64,000 nucleotides of DNA from Trichormus sp. ATA11-4-KO1 (GTDB lineage Bacteria > Cyanobacteriota > Cyanobacteriia > Cyanobacteriales > Nostocaceae), in the NCBI GenBank assembly GCA_019358915.1, contig JAHHIM010000011.1:68802-132801 (forward strand), in the 5' to 3' direction. The notes beneath the pieces were generated by a model. The model worked only from the letters and a program-made list of their open reading frames with translations, made no database searches and was not told the DNA's origin. Positions 8,780-18,991 of this stretch are shown here, piece after piece. The number at the start of each line of letters is the position of its first letter. Position 1 is the stretch's first letter. The position numbers and the translations under genes were made by a program.

Positions 8780-10366
8780 TCAGCCGGCAGAAACCTTCAA
8801 ACTACCAGGATGTCCAAGTTCACCTTGGAATACTACGCCTCGTTGATTGGCGTGTAAATGACGTAGAATCTTGTAAATTGCCTCAACTTGATCAGCCGCA
8901 TCTGCTTTTTGGGCAACTTCTTCTAGAGAAAGGGCAGTTTTTTCTTTTTGTAATACAGCTACTACTCGTGATTGTAGGTCAAGAATGGCGGCGGCAGCTT
9001 TTTTACCAGCTTCTACCCCCGGTTGATGGTAGGCATTGATGTTTACTAAGCTGGCGTATAAACCAACAGCACGTTCATACAAAGCAATTAACGCCCCGAC
9101 AGTTCGGGGGTTGACTTGGGGAATAGTGACTGTAATGGAATCGCGCTGATTTTCGTAAAGCGCTTGTCGAGTTCCTTGGAGAAAACCTGAAAGAAAATCC
9201 CCTGATGTTACTCCAGGTTCAATTTCTGGAGATAGACCTTGACGATCTTCTAAAACTTCGATGAAGGTAGCAAAGAAATTCGGTACACCCTCACGTAACT
9301 GTTGGACGTAGGCGTGTTGATCTGTTGAACCTTTGTTACCGTAAACGGCAATACCTTGATAGACAGTCTTACCATCCAAATCTTTTTCCTTACCCAAGGA
9401 TTCCATCACCAGCTGTTGTAAATAGCGACTGAACAACAACAAGCTGTCCTTGTAAGGTAAGACAACCATATCTTTTTCGCCCCGGCCATTACCAGAAAAA
9501 TACCAAGATAAAGCCAACAAAGCAGCCGGGTTGTTTTTCAACTCTGGGACGCGGGTAGCGTCATCCATTTCTTGGGCACCTTCTAACATCGCACGTACAT
9601 CGATGCCTTGTAATGCGGCTGGTACTAGCCCCACAGCAGACATTTCCGAGGTACGTCCTCCCACCCAGTCATACATGGGAAATCTGGCCAGCCAAGCTCC
9701 ATTTTTTGCCACTTTATCTAGATTGCTATCAACGCTAGTAATAGCTACTGCGTGTTTGGCAAAGTCCAAATTGTGACTAGCAAAGGCTTTTTTGACTTCA
9801 ATCATGCCATTGCGGGGTTCTGGTGTCCCTCCAGATTTGGAGATGACTAAGACCAAAGTGCTGGACAGACTATTTCGCAAATGAGTCAGAATGCGGTCAA
9901 TACCTGCGGGGTCACTATTGTCGATAAAGTGGATTTTCAGGGGTGGGAAATCAGGCGAAAGGGCTTCAGCGACAAATTGCGGGCCTAAGGCAGAACCACC
10001 AATACCAATGGAGATGACATCGGTAAAGCGGCTAGCTTTAGGAGGATGAATCGCACCTGTGTGGACTTTTTCCGCAAAGGCTTCGATTTGTTCTAGAGTT
10101 TGGACAATCTCTTGGGTAAGTTCTGGAGTGGGTGCTAAATCAGGATTTCGCAGCCAGTAATGTCCCACCATGCGGTCTTCATCGGGATTAGCGATCGCAC
10201 CCTTTTCTAATTCCGCCATAGCCGCAAACGCTTTGTCAAACTTCGGCTGCAACGACTCCACGAAAGCGTCATCAAAACCCATCCGACTTACATCTAGGTA
10301 AAGTCCTAATCCCTCGTGGAAATATAACCAATTTTGGTATCGTTGCCAAAGTGCCCTTGCATCCAT
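8780..10366 (-). CDS. pgi: Glucose-6-phosphate isomerase
   Basis: [45 protein letters not shown]. Confidence 0.97.
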   Translation of the reverse strand: MDARALWQRYQNWLYFHEGLGLYLDVSRMGFDDAFVESLQPKFDKAFAAMAELEKGAIANPDEDRMVGHYWLRNPDLAPTPELTQEIVQTLEQIEAFAEKVHTGAIHPPKASRFTDVISIGIGGSALGPQFVAEALSPDFPPLKIHFIDNSDPAGIDRILTHLRNSLSSTLVLVISKSGGTPEPRNGMIEVKKAFASHNLDFAKHAVAITSVDSNLDKVAKNGAWLARFPMYDWVGGRTSEMSAVGLVPAALQGIDVRAMLEGAQEMDDATRVPELKNNPAALLALSWYFSGNGRGEKDMVVLPYKDSLLLFSRYLQQLVMESLGKEKDLDGKTVYQGIAVYGNKGSTDQHAYVQQLREGVPNFFATFIEVLEDRQGLSPEIEPGVTSGDFLSGFLQGTRQALYENQRDSITVTIPQVNPRTVGALIALYERAVGLYASLVNINAYHQPGVEAGKKAAAAILDLQSRVVAVLQKEKTALSLEEVAQKADAADQVEAIYKILRHLHANQRGVVFQGELGHPGSLKVSAG

Positions 10367-10571
10367 AGGGAAATCTCAAATAAAGTATTGCTTCAAAAAC
10401 AAGTTTAATGTAAGGTCAGAGCCATCCCTGCCTAGCCTTATACAGTTTTAAGTGTTGGACATGGGGATTATTGCCAACTATAGCAGGGAACAGGTAACAG
10501 GCTTGAAATTCTTGTGGTGTCTAGGCTTTATATTCAATTGATGTCTATAGATTTAACAGCCATTACTTCAT

Positions 10572-10829
10572 CTAAACATCTGGCATGGGTATGACTCGTA
10601 AAAATTTGACAATTTCACCCCTAATTTCGATGCCAACTAAATAATTATCTATAGTAAAACGGTGAAAAATGCCCTCAACATCAAGGCACCGCAGTTCTGG
10701 GAGACAATGCAAAGGCCCGTTTTCAGCAAACTCAAAAAACACAAAATCATATACCCGCTGGTAGGCAGCTGGCTCTAAACTCTTCAGGTCTACCAAAAAA
10801 GACCTGGCATAGCGCACTTCCAGACTCAC
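10572..10829 (-). CDS. RelE/ParE-like toxin (possibly degenerate)
   Basis: 85 aa; EVRYARSFLVDLKSL...HRFTIDNYLVG resembles the RelE fold. Confidence 0.6.
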   Translation of the reverse strand: MSLEVRYARSFLVDLKSLEPAAYQRVYDFVFFEFAENGPLHCLPELRCLDVEGIFHRFTIDNYLVGIEIRGEIVKFLRVIPMPDV

Positions 10830-10925
10830 TAGGCTTTACCTTCAAAATAATGCTTCCTTCCTGAGTGCTGAGTAAGAAGTAGCACTCACGACTACTGAAC
10901 AAGTAGCTCGAAAAGACTGCTGAAC

Positions 10926-11123
10926 TTAGAAAAACATTAACATTCGCATCGCTTCTTCATAGGTTAAGATATCCCACGGTTGCTGAGATTGCTTAACTTG
11001 TTGTATTGCTTTCGACATGTAAGAGTCACAGTGCAAAGCATGAATTGCATTCCAAATGCTTTGCAGTTCTTCATCGCCTAATTGTTCGATTAGGTGATGT
11101 ATTCTAATTCGCAGCAAATTCAT
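10926..11123 (-). CDS. Small hypothetical protein, putative antitoxin
   Basis: 65 aa helical protein (IHHLIEQLGDEEL...LTYEEA) upstream of and co-oriented with the RelE-like gene. Confidence 0.55.
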   Translation of the reverse strand: MNLLRIRIHHLIEQLGDEELQSIWNAIHALHCDSYMSKAIQQVKQSQQPWDILTYEEAMRMLMFF

Positions 11124-11250
11124 ATAGCAATAATTTTAACCAAAACACAAAAGTATTGTTCCCAAAAATTGACAACAGTTAACGACAAGATATTATTATC
11201 CTGAAGCTATACCTGCTTTGGCAGTAGGAAGTAAGAATGGGGAAGAGTTT

Positions 11251-11290
11251 TCCCCATGCCCCATGCCCAATGCCCAATGACTAATGACTA
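11251..11290. repeat. STRR heptamer tract
   Basis: ccccatg-ccccatg-cccaatg-cccaatg-actaatg-actaatg running into the natC start codon. Confidence 0.85.
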
Positions 11291-12427
11291 ATGAGTGAAT
11301 ATCTAATTTTTCTAGCAATTTCTACAGCAATTTTTGCCCTGTTTAGTTTAGGACTCAATTTGCAGTGGGGCTTTACAGGGTTAATTAACTTTGGTCATAT
11401 TGCTTTTATGACTTTAGGTGCTTATACAACAGTGTTGTTAAGTTTACAGGGAGTACCTCTACTTGTATCAGCAGTAATTGGGGCAATAGTAGCAGCCTTT
11501 TTGGGCTTAATCATTGGTTTTGCGACTCTGCGCTTGCGGGAAGATTATCTGGCAATTGTCACCATCGGAGTAGGTGAACTAATTCGTTTGGTAGTGAATA
11601 ATCAGGATTTACCTGTGGGTAACACCTGGGTATCTGGAGCGTTTGGTGTACAAAGTTATCCAATACCCCTGTCCACAGCACCCAATTTGTTTTTCAGATT
11701 AGTGATGATTGGACTGCTGACACTGCTAGCTGCTGTAACTTTCTTTGCATTGTGGCGATGGATTCGCGCTGCTCAAAAATTTATGGTAACTGATTCCAGT
11801 AAAAGAGCAGGTAGTAAGCAAGAATTCGCCTCGCGTTTGGGAGTAGGAATTATATTCACCTTATTAACAGCAGCGATTTATATTTCTGGAGTCATTGGCT
11901 TGTATGACTATAAACCAAAAGCAGGTTTGATGCTGTTGTCATTGTTGGTATTAGGATTTGTATTCTGGCGCTGGGAAATTCTAGTGCGATCGCCTTGGGG
12001 AAGAATCCTCAAAGCTATCCGTGAAGATGAAGAAATACCTAAAGCTATGGGCAAAAATGTCTTTTGGTATAAAGTGCAATCGCTGATGCTGGGTGGGGCG
12101 ATCGCAGGTATTGCTGGGGCTTTCTTCGCTTGGCAACTTAGCGCTATTTACCCTGATAATTTCCAACCACAGCTAACCTTTGATGCGTGGATTATAGTGA
12201 TTTTAGGCGGTTCTGGTAATAATATCGGCACTATCTTAGGTGCGGTAATTTTCTTTGCTTACGATGCTCTCACTAGGGAATATTTACCACGCATATTTAC
12301 CAACTTATCTTCTGACCAATTGGGTGCATTTCGCATCATGATCATCGGTCTAATTTTGATGGTACTAATGATTTGGCGTCCTCAAGGTATCTTAGGGAAA
12401 AAAGAGGAACTTACCCTGAGTAAGTGA
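11291..12427 (+). CDS. natC: Neutral/branched-chain amino acid ABC transporter permease (LivM type)
   Basis: LNLQWGFTGLINFGH, LRLREDYLAIVT, SPWGRILKAIREDE, WRPQGILG. Confidence 0.85.
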   Translation: MSEYLIFLAISTAIFALFSLGLNLQWGFTGLINFGHIAFMTLGAYTTVLLSLQGVPLLVSAVIGAIVAAFLGLIIGFATLRLREDYLAIVTIGVGELIRLVVNNQDLPVGNTWVSGAFGVQSYPIPLSTAPNLFFRLVMIGLLTLLAAVTFFALWRWIRAAQKFMVTDSSKRAGSKQEFASRLGVGIIFTLLTAAIYISGVIGLYDYKPKAGLMLLSLLVLGFVFWRWEILVRSPWGRILKAIREDEEIPKAMGKNVFWYKVQSLMLGGAIAGIAGAFFAWQLSAIYPDNFQPQLTFDAWIIVILGGSGNNIGTILGAVIFFAYDALTREYLPRIFTNLSSDQLGAFRIMIIGLILMVLMIWRPQGILGKKEELTLSK

Positions 12428-12470
12428 CTGGGGACAAGGGGAACTTTATTTTTAATGACTAATGACCAAT

Positions 12471-13253
12471 ATGGTAAATAATCAATCTTCTCAACTTCCT
12501 TTGTTAGCTGCTACTGGACTTTGTAAAAGCTTTGGTGGTGTTAAAGCAGTTAATGAGGCGAGAATCGAAGTTACCAAAGGCAGTATCACTGGCTTAATTG
12601 GCCCTAATGGTGCTGGTAAAACTACTTTGTTTAATTTACTCTCCAACTTCATTCGCCCAGATAAAGGACGAGTGATTTTTGATGGCGAACCGATTCAGCA
12701 GTTGCAACCATACCAAATTGCCCAGCAGGGATTAGTCCGCACTTTTCAAGTAGCCCGGACTCTCTCACGGTTGTCGGTGTTAGATAATATGCTGCTAGCG
12801 GCGCAAAAACAAACAGGTGAGAATTTTTGGCAGGTGCAGTTGCAACCACACATTGTGGCTCAGGAAGAAAGGCAATTGCAAGAACAAGCTATGTCCCTGT
12901 TAGAATCTGTGGGATTGGCACAAAAGGCACATGATTATGCTGGTGGATTGTCAGGCGGACAACGCAAGTTATTAGAAATGGGGCGGGCGTTAATGACTAA
13001 TCCCAAGTTAATTTTGTTGGATGAACCCGCAGCCGGTGTGAATCCAAGATTAATTGATGATATATGCGATCGCATTCATACATGGAACCGCCAAGATGGC
13101 ATGACTTTTCTGATTATTGAACACAATATGGATGTAATCATGTCCTTGTGCGATCGCGTTTGGGTATTAGCCGAAGGACAGAATTTAGCTGATGGTACTC
13201 CCGCAGAAATTCAAAACAATTCCCAAGTTTTAGAAGCTTATTTAGGAAAATAA
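12471..13253 (+). CDS. natA: Neutral/branched-chain amino acid ABC transporter ATPase (LivG type)
   Basis: GPNGAGKT, LSGGQ, LLDEPAAG, IIEHNMD, EAYLG; alternative start at 12462. Confidence 0.85.
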   Translation: MVNNQSSQLPLLAATGLCKSFGGVKAVNEARIEVTKGSITGLIGPNGAGKTTLFNLLSNFIRPDKGRVIFDGEPIQQLQPYQIAQQGLVRTFQVARTLSRLSVLDNMLLAAQKQTGENFWQVQLQPHIVAQEERQLQEQAMSLLESVGLAQKAHDYAGGLSGGQRKLLEMGRALMTNPKLILLDEPAAGVNPRLIDDICDRIHTWNRQDGMTFLIIEHNMDVIMSLCDRVWVLAEGQNLADGTPAEIQNNSQVLEAYLGK

Positions 13254-13307
13254 ACTTATTTTTCATGCCAAAATCATCTTGGGTAAAATAGAAAGTTACT
13301 ATTAACC

Positions 13308-13532
13308 ATGCCCAAGAAAATTAGAGAATTAAAAAGTTTATTACTGCAAGCGGGGTTTACCTGTCGTCCTGGAAAGGGTAGTCATACTAACTGGTATCAT
13401 ATTTTACTACCTGGAAGAGTTACTATATCAGGTAAAGATGGAAATGACGCTAAAGCTTACCAAGAGAAAGATGTAAATAACGCCATCAAAAAAATAGAAG
13501 AAATTAAAAAAGACCAAGAGGAAGAAAAATGA
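13308..13532 (+). CDS. hicA: HicA family toxin, copy 1
   Basis: LLQAGF...GKGSH motif; ATGA overlap with hicB. Confidence 0.9.
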   Translation: MPKKIRELKSLLLQAGFTCRPGKGSHTNWYHILLPGRVTISGKDGNDAKAYQEKDVNNAIKKIEEIKKDQEEEK

Positions 13533-13753
13533 ATTATCATTACACAATAATTATTCAATGGTCTGAAGAAGATAAATGTTTTGTAGTTAGCCTTCCGGAG
13601 TGGGGAGAGTTTTGTCATACTCATGGAGATACTTATGAACAAGCCTTAAAAAATGCTCAAGAAGTCTTAGAAATGTTAATTGAATCTTACTTAGAGGATG
13701 ATCAGCCTTTACCAGAACCGCAAACATTAGGCAAGTCTTTAAATGTGGCTTAA
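13529..13753 (+). CDS. hicB: HicB family antitoxin (short form), copy 1
   Basis: IIQWSEEDKCFVVSLPE...THGDTYEQALKNAQEVLE...LPEP. Confidence 0.9.
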   Translation: MNYHYTIIIQWSEEDKCFVVSLPEWGEFCHTHGDTYEQALKNAQEVLEMLIESYLEDDQPLPEPQTLGKSLNVA

Positions 13754-13771
13754 TTTTTACTGGGAACTGCT

Positions 13772-13892
13772 AAGATGGCATGACTTTACTAATTCTTGAA
13801 CACTGCGATCGCATTTGGGTATTAGCCGAAGGACGTACTCCCGCAGAAATTCAAAACAATTCCCAATTTTTAGAAGCTAATTTAGGAAAATG
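13772..13892 (+). repeat. Degenerate duplicate of the natA 3' end, between the two hicAB cassettes
   Basis: Matches 13093-13253 with two internal deletions; contains HIP1 at 13805-13812. Confidence 0.9.
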
Positions 13893-13947
13893 AACTTATT
13901 TGCCATGCCAAAATCATCTTGGGGAAAATAGAAAGTTACTATTAACC

Positions 13948-14178
13948 ATGCCCAAGAAAATTAGAGAATTAAAAAGTTTATTACTGCAAGCTGGATTTAT
14001 TTATAAACCCGCAAAAGGTAGTCATAGCAAATGGATACATGGAAAGTTATTTAAAGCTATTATTATTTCTGGTAAAGATAGTAGTGATGCTAAACACTAT
14101 TTAGAAAAACAGGTGAACGAAGCAATAGAAGAATTAAATAGAATGGAAGCAGAAAAAAAGGAGGAATTAGAGGAATGA
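13948..14178 (+). CDS. hicA: HicA family toxin, copy 2
   Basis: Same first 17 aa as copy 1, AKGSH motif; ATG at 13948. Confidence 0.9.
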   Translation: MPKKIRELKSLLLQAGFIYKPAKGSHSKWIHGKLFKAIIISGKDSSDAKHYLEKQVNEAIEELNRMEAEKKEELEE

Positions 14179-14399
14179 AATATACAATACTAATTCAATG
14201 GTCAAACGAAGATGAATGTTATGTAGTTTCATTACCTGATTTCACAGAGGTTATGCAGCCTTGTACTCATGGAGATACTTATGAAGAAGCCTTAAAAAAT
14301 GCTCAGGAAGTTTTAGAAATGTTAATTGAATCTTACTTAGAAGATGATCAGCCTTTACCAGAACCGCAAACATTAGGCAAGTCTTTAAATGTGGCTTAA
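14175..14399 (+). CDS. hicB: HicB family antitoxin (short form), copy 2
   Basis: ILIQWSNEDECYVVSLPD...THGDTYEEALKNAQEVLE; C-terminal half almost identical to copy 1. Confidence 0.9.
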   Translation: MKYTILIQWSNEDECYVVSLPDFTEVMQPCTHGDTYEEALKNAQEVLEMLIESYLEDDQPLPEPQTLGKSLNVA

Positions 14400-14417
14400 T
14401 TTTTACTGGGAACTGCT

Positions 14418-14499
14418 AAGATGGCATGACTTTACTAATTATTGAACACTGCGATCGCATTTGGGTATTAGCCGAAGGGCAAAATATGGCTGACGGTAC
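14418..14499 (+). repeat. Third, shorter duplicate of the natA 3' region closing the hicAB array
   Basis: aagatggcatgacttt...gcgatcgcatttgggtattagccgaagggcaaaatatggctgacggtac; HIP1 at 14451-14458. Confidence 0.88.
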
Positions 14500-14537
14500 G
14501 CCAACCATATTCACAGTTATCCCCAAGTGTGAGAAGT

Positions 14538-15824
14538 TTAACTAAACTGCTCACCAGCATCTAGGTTAAACAACGTTTGCAGGGTTTGCATACAGTGCCG
14601 TCTGGCTTCAACATCCTGCTGCGCTCGTAACTGCACCATTGGATCGTGTAAAATTTTGTTAACAATTCCTCGTGTTAAAGCTTCAATCACTTCTTGATGT
14701 TTTTCGGCAAATTCCGAACCTAAGCGTGACAATGCTTTTTCTAATTCTTGTTCGCGAATGGTTTCAACTTTATTTCTGAGACAGCTGATAGTTGAGACAG
14801 TTTCTAGTGATCGCCACCAAATATCAAAAGCTTCCACCTCTTCATCTAAAAGTCTTTCTGCTTCTTGCGCCATCTTGCGGCGGCTTTCATAGTTTTGCGC
14901 CACAACTGCCTTTAAATCATCCACATTAAACGCCTGTACATTTACCAGTTCGTTCACGTCACTGTGGACATTACGCGGCACAGAAATATCAAACAACATC
15001 ATAGAGCGGTTGGGTTCTATGACTATTTCTAGCTTGGCGCGATCTAGGATTGGTTCAGTAGCAGAAGTGCTGGTAAACACTAAATCACTTTCGGCAATCA
15101 CTGCCATCATTTCTGATAGTGTATGAGTGTAGATAGGTTGTTCGGGGTAAAGTTTCGCCAATTCCTCGGCACGTTCACGAGAGCGATTCACAATATTAAT
15201 TTGTACAGCACCTTTAGAAATCAGGTGTTGCACTAGCAACCGCGACATTTTGCCTGCACCCAAAATTGCTACTCGGCAAGCTGCTAAATTAGCCACTTTT
15301 ATCTGCGCCAACTCGACAGCCGCCGAACTAATAGAAACTGCACCAGTACCAATGCTAGTTTCGGTACGAACTCGCTTACCAGCTGTAATTGCTTGTTTAA
15401 ATAATCGATTCAGAATTGTTTTTATACCGTTAAATTGCTGCCCCAGCTTGTGAGTATTCTTGACCTGAGCCAGAATTTGACCTTCTCCGAGTACCAGACT
15501 ATCTAACCCAGCTGCTACCCGCATTACATGCATTACAGCATCATCATGCAGCAACATAAATAAGTGTTGTCGTAGAGACTGCACAGGTAATTTGCTATGC
15601 TCCGAAAGAAACTGAGTAACTTCCCGGATACCTTGCTCTGTTTCACTGGTAACAATGTAAATTTCTAGGCGGTTGCAAGTGCTAAGGATTGCAACTTCGT
15701 CAATATGAGGATAGCTGCTAAGATGAGCGATCGCACTTTCAGTTTGTGGTTCTGGAATGCTCAGCTTTTCCCGGATTTCAACTGGGGCTGTTTTATGGCT
15801 TAACCCCACCACTGCAATATTCAT
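14538..15824 (-). CDS. hemA: Glutamyl-tRNA reductase
   Basis: [39 protein letters not shown]. Confidence 0.97.
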   Translation of the reverse strand: MNIAVVGLSHKTAPVEIREKLSIPEPQTESAIAHLSSYPHIDEVAILSTCNRLEIYIVTSETEQGIREVTQFLSEHSKLPVQSLRQHLFMLLHDDAVMHVMRVAAGLDSLVLGEGQILAQVKNTHKLGQQFNGIKTILNRLFKQAITAGKRVRTETSIGTGAVSISSAAVELAQIKVANLAACRVAILGAGKMSRLLVQHLISKGAVQINIVNRSRERAEELAKLYPEQPIYTHTLSEMMAVIAESDLVFTSTSATEPILDRAKLEIVIEPNRSMMLFDISVPRNVHSDVNELVNVQAFNVDDLKAVVAQNYESRRKMAQEAERLLDEEVEAFDIWWRSLETVSTISCLRNKVETIREQELEKALSRLGSEFAEKHQEVIEALTRGIVNKILHDPMVQLRAQQDVEARRHCMQTLQTLFNLDAGEQFS

Positions 15825-15835
15825 TATTTATCGGT

Positions 15836-15942
15836 AATTGGTAATGGGTTTTTGATAATTGAGGAATTCGGAGACCCCTTTGGGGATAAGGGACAATGGG
15901 GAGTAGGGAATAGGGAGTGAGGAACTCCCTATTCCCTACTCC
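15836..15942. repeat. STRR tracts and inverted STRRs between glpX and hemA
   Basis: ggtaatt/ggtaatg units; gggagta-gggaata-gggagtg facing ctcccta-ttcccta-ctcc. Confidence 0.75.
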
Positions 15943-15951
15943 TGAAAATTC

Positions 15952-16989
15952 CTAACGCAGTTGTAGGTTCTTCGGTTCATCAAACAAATGAATAGTATCC
16001 ACAAAGCGGGCTGTATTGGACTGGTTGGAAATAACCAAACTTTGAGTCCTTGCACCACCACTGAAGAAGCGGACACCTTCCATCAGAGTGCCAGGGGTAA
16101 TACCACAAGCAGCAAATAGAACTGTTTCGCCAGAGGCTAATTCGTTGGCATTGTAAACCTTATCTGGGTCATCAATGCCCATTTCCTTCAGCCGTGCGAG
16201 ATTGCCTTCTCTGCTTTCACCAATCAAACCTGTTTGCACTACGCTTGGATCGTAGATCAATTGCCCTTGGAAATGTCCTCCCAAGCATCGCATAGCCGCA
16301 GCAGAGATGACTCCTTCTGGTGCTGCACCGATGCCCATCAAAGCGTGGATATTAGTACCACCAAAGGCGCAGGAAATGGCAGCAGAAACGTCACCATCAC
16401 TGATCAATCTCACTCTCGCACCTGCGGTGCGAATTTCCTGGATGAGTTCTTTGTGGCGGGGACGATCCATCACCACAACCACCAATTCCTCAATGGAACG
16501 GTTTAAGCACTCAGATAGGATTTTGAGGTTTTCAGTAGCCGACTTGTTAATGTCTACTAGACCTTTTGCTGGAGCTGGTGCCGCGAGTTTCTTCATGTAG
16601 AAGTCAGGCGCAGCAAATAAACCACCTTTTTCGGAAATTGCCAAAACTGCCATTGAGCCATTTTGACCGTAAGCAACCAAGTTTGTGCCTTCGCAGGGGT
16701 CAACGGCGATGTCAATTTCCATTAGTTCATCAGGGTTACAGTAATTTTTAGCATCTGGTTGGGTACAGATACCAACTTCTTCCCCAATGTAGAGCATGGG
16801 AGCTTCATCTCGTTCGCCTTCGCCAATCACAATGCGACCGCGCATGTAAATTTTATTCATCCGCTCCCGCATGGCTTCCACTGCTACTTGGTCAGCAATG
16901 TTTTTTTCGCCTTTACCCATCCACTTCGAGGAAGCGATCGCGGCTTGCTCTACTACCTCAATAATCTCTAATCCAAGTGTATTTTCCAC
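15952..16989 (-). CDS. glpX: Class II fructose-1,6-/sedoheptulose-1,7-bisphosphatase
   Basis: [39 protein letters not shown]. Confidence 0.96.
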   Translation of the reverse strand: MENTLGLEIIEVVEQAAIASSKWMGKGEKNIADQVAVEAMRERMNKIYMRGRIVIGEGERDEAPMLYIGEEVGICTQPDAKNYCNPDELMEIDIAVDPCEGTNLVAYGQNGSMAVLAISEKGGLFAAPDFYMKKLAAPAPAKGLVDINKSATENLKILSECLNRSIEELVVVVMDRPRHKELIQEIRTAGARVRLISDGDVSAAISCAFGGTNIHALMGIGAAPEGVISAAAMRCLGGHFQGQLIYDPSVVQTGLIGESREGNLARLKEMGIDDPDKVYNANELASGETVLFAACGITPGTLMEGVRFFSGGARTQSLVISNQSNTARFVDTIHLFDEPKNLQLR

Positions 16990-17260
16990 AGAGTCACCCT
17001 CTCAACTGCTTGACTTAGCGTCTTTTTATTTGGCTATTTCAGTCTTCAAGTCTACCAAAGGGCGGATACACGTGGGAAATAGTCTCTACTAGCTTATGTG
17101 TTAAGTTTTGCTTCTACGATGATGCCAAAGTTTTTCCGCCATCTAAATATTAGTATTTTAGTACTAGTACAGATCATCAAGAACATGGCATCTGACTACC
17201 TAAGTAATATAGGCTAGAGATATTTGCCAAAAATCCAGACAATTCACCAACATTTTCGCT

Positions 17261-17587
17261 ATGTTTGACTTTCTCAACCCCCTTTTTAATCGCCATCCAG
17301 AACGCGTCAAAGCTAACGTGGAAATCTATACTTGGCAAGCTTGCCCTTACTGTATCCGTGCCAAAATGCTGCTGTGGTGGAAAGGTGTAAGATTCACCGA
17401 ATATAAAATTTATGGTGACGCAGCAGCCAGAACTAAAATGGCCGAACGTGCCCATGGACGCCGCTCAGTACCACAGATTTTTATTAATAATCAGCACATT
17501 GGCGGTTGTGATGACCTTTATCAGCTAGATACAACAGCTCAACTTGATCCTCTTTTAGAAAGTGCTGAGGAGCCACTTGCTCAATAG
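17261..17587 (+). CDS. grxC: Dithiol glutaredoxin 3
   Basis: CPYC active site, SVPQIFI, IGGCDD. Confidence 0.92.
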   Translation: MFDFLNPLFNRHPERVKANVEIYTWQACPYCIRAKMLLWWKGVRFTEYKIYGDAAARTKMAERAHGRRSVPQIFINNQHIGGCDDLYQLDTTAQLDPLLESAEEPLAQ

Positions 17588-17598
17588 CAATTACAAAG

Positions 17599-18093
17599 AT
17601 GTTAATTGAATATCCAGAATATCTCATACATCGAAAATGGATGACTCATGCCATAGAATTGGCAAACGTAGCAGGAGATGCAGGTGAAGTCCCTGTGGGT
17701 GCTGTGATCATTGATGCCAGTGGCAATTTGATTGCGGAAGGCGAAAACAGAAAAGAACGTGACAAAGACCCCTCAGCTCACGCAGAAATCCTCGCTCTCA
17801 GAGCTGCTGCTCAAAGTTTAGATAATTGGCGTCTAAATCAATGCACCCTGTACGTAACTCTAGAACCTTGCCCGATGTGTGCCGGTGCTATTGTGCAAGC
17901 TCGGATAAATTTGCTTGTATATGGAGTAGACGATACTAAAACTGGAGCCATTCGTACTGTTATCAATATCCCTGATAGTGCTGCTTCTAATCACCGTCTA
18001 CGAGTGATGGGAGGTATTTTAGAATCATCTTGTCGTCAGCAGTTGCAAGCTTGGTTTGCTACTCGGCGTCGTAAAGACAACGGACAGAGGTAA
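17599..18093 (+). CDS. tadA: tRNA adenosine(34) deaminase
   Basis: GEVPVGAV, AHAE, TLEPCPMC. Confidence 0.93.
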   Translation: MLIEYPEYLIHRKWMTHAIELANVAGDAGEVPVGAVIIDASGNLIAEGENRKERDKDPSAHAEILALRAAAQSLDNWRLNQCTLYVTLEPCPMCAGAIVQARINLLVYGVDDTKTGAIRTVINIPDSAASNHRLRVMGGILESSCRQQLQAWFATRRRKDNGQR

Positions 18094-18191
18094 AACTGTC
18101 CAGTAACTACGACACAATTCACGGAAGAAAATCTACGGTGTAACTAATTAAGCTTTCGTTATATTTTCCGGGACAAACAGCAGCTACCATC

Positions 18192-18962
18192 ATGATAAAA
18201 TTTTATACTTCCAACAGGATCTGCCAGCAAGTACTAACTAGTACCAAAGCAAATACCAAGGTAGCTCATACTACCTCGCGGGTTTCTCCTTGGTTAAGTC
18301 CTTTAGTATATCTTTTAGGGCGTCACTTCCTATTACCATTATTCTTTCGACAAATTAGAATTACCGGACAAGAAAATGTCCCTGTATCTGGCCCTGTGAT
18401 CCTGGCACCTACACATCGGGCGCGTTGGGATTCTTTGCTTTTACCTTATGCTACTGGTCGCTGCGTCACAGGGCGAGACCTGCGATTTATGGTAACTATC
18501 AGTGAGTGCCAAGGACTGCAAGGCGCTCTAGTGCGCCGGATGGGAGGATTTCCTGTAGATCCTCAACATCCAGCCATTACTACTCTGCGTCATGCAGTGG
18601 AATTACTCCAACACAATGAAATGTTAGTTATTTATCCAGAAGGTGATATTTATCGTGATGGCAAACTGCACCCGTTAAAGCCAGGAATTGCGCGTCTGTC
18701 TTTAATTGCTGAATCTAGTTATCCAGGACTGGGTGTGAGAATAATACCCATTAGTATTAATTACAGCCAGCCTTACCCTAACTGGGGTACGGATGTGAGC
18801 ATGCAAATTGGCGAGGCAATCAAGGTAGCAGATTACACTGATGGTAGTGTGAAACAAAATGCTCAACGCCTCACATCAGATTTAGCCAAGAAGCTACAAA
18901 AATTAAGCAATCAAGAATCAAAAATCAATAGTCACGCATTTGCAGAAATTCCCAATTCTTAA
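18192..18962 (+). CDS. plsC: 1-acyl-sn-glycerol-3-phosphate acyltransferase
   Basis: HxxxxD (THRARWD) and IYPEG acyltransferase motifs. Confidence 0.85.
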   Translation: MIKFYTSNRICQQVLTSTKANTKVAHTTSRVSPWLSPLVYLLGRHFLLPLFFRQIRITGQENVPVSGPVILAPTHRARWDSLLLPYATGRCVTGRDLRFMVTISECQGLQGALVRRMGGFPVDPQHPAITTLRHAVELLQHNEMLVIYPEGDIYRDGKLHPLKPGIARLSLIAESSYPGLGVRIIPISINYSQPYPNWGTDVSMQIGEAIKVADYTDGSVKQNAQRLTSDLAKKLQKLSNQESKINSHAFAEIPNS

Positions 18963-18991
18963 TTGAGTTATTAATTACTCAGTTTACTGAA

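Noticed and set aside
13093..14499. Periodic repeats considered as a CRISPR array or integron
   Set aside because: Repeats are 80-200 bp of gene-derived sequence with a 640-bp period; no cas gene, integrase or attC-like palindrome
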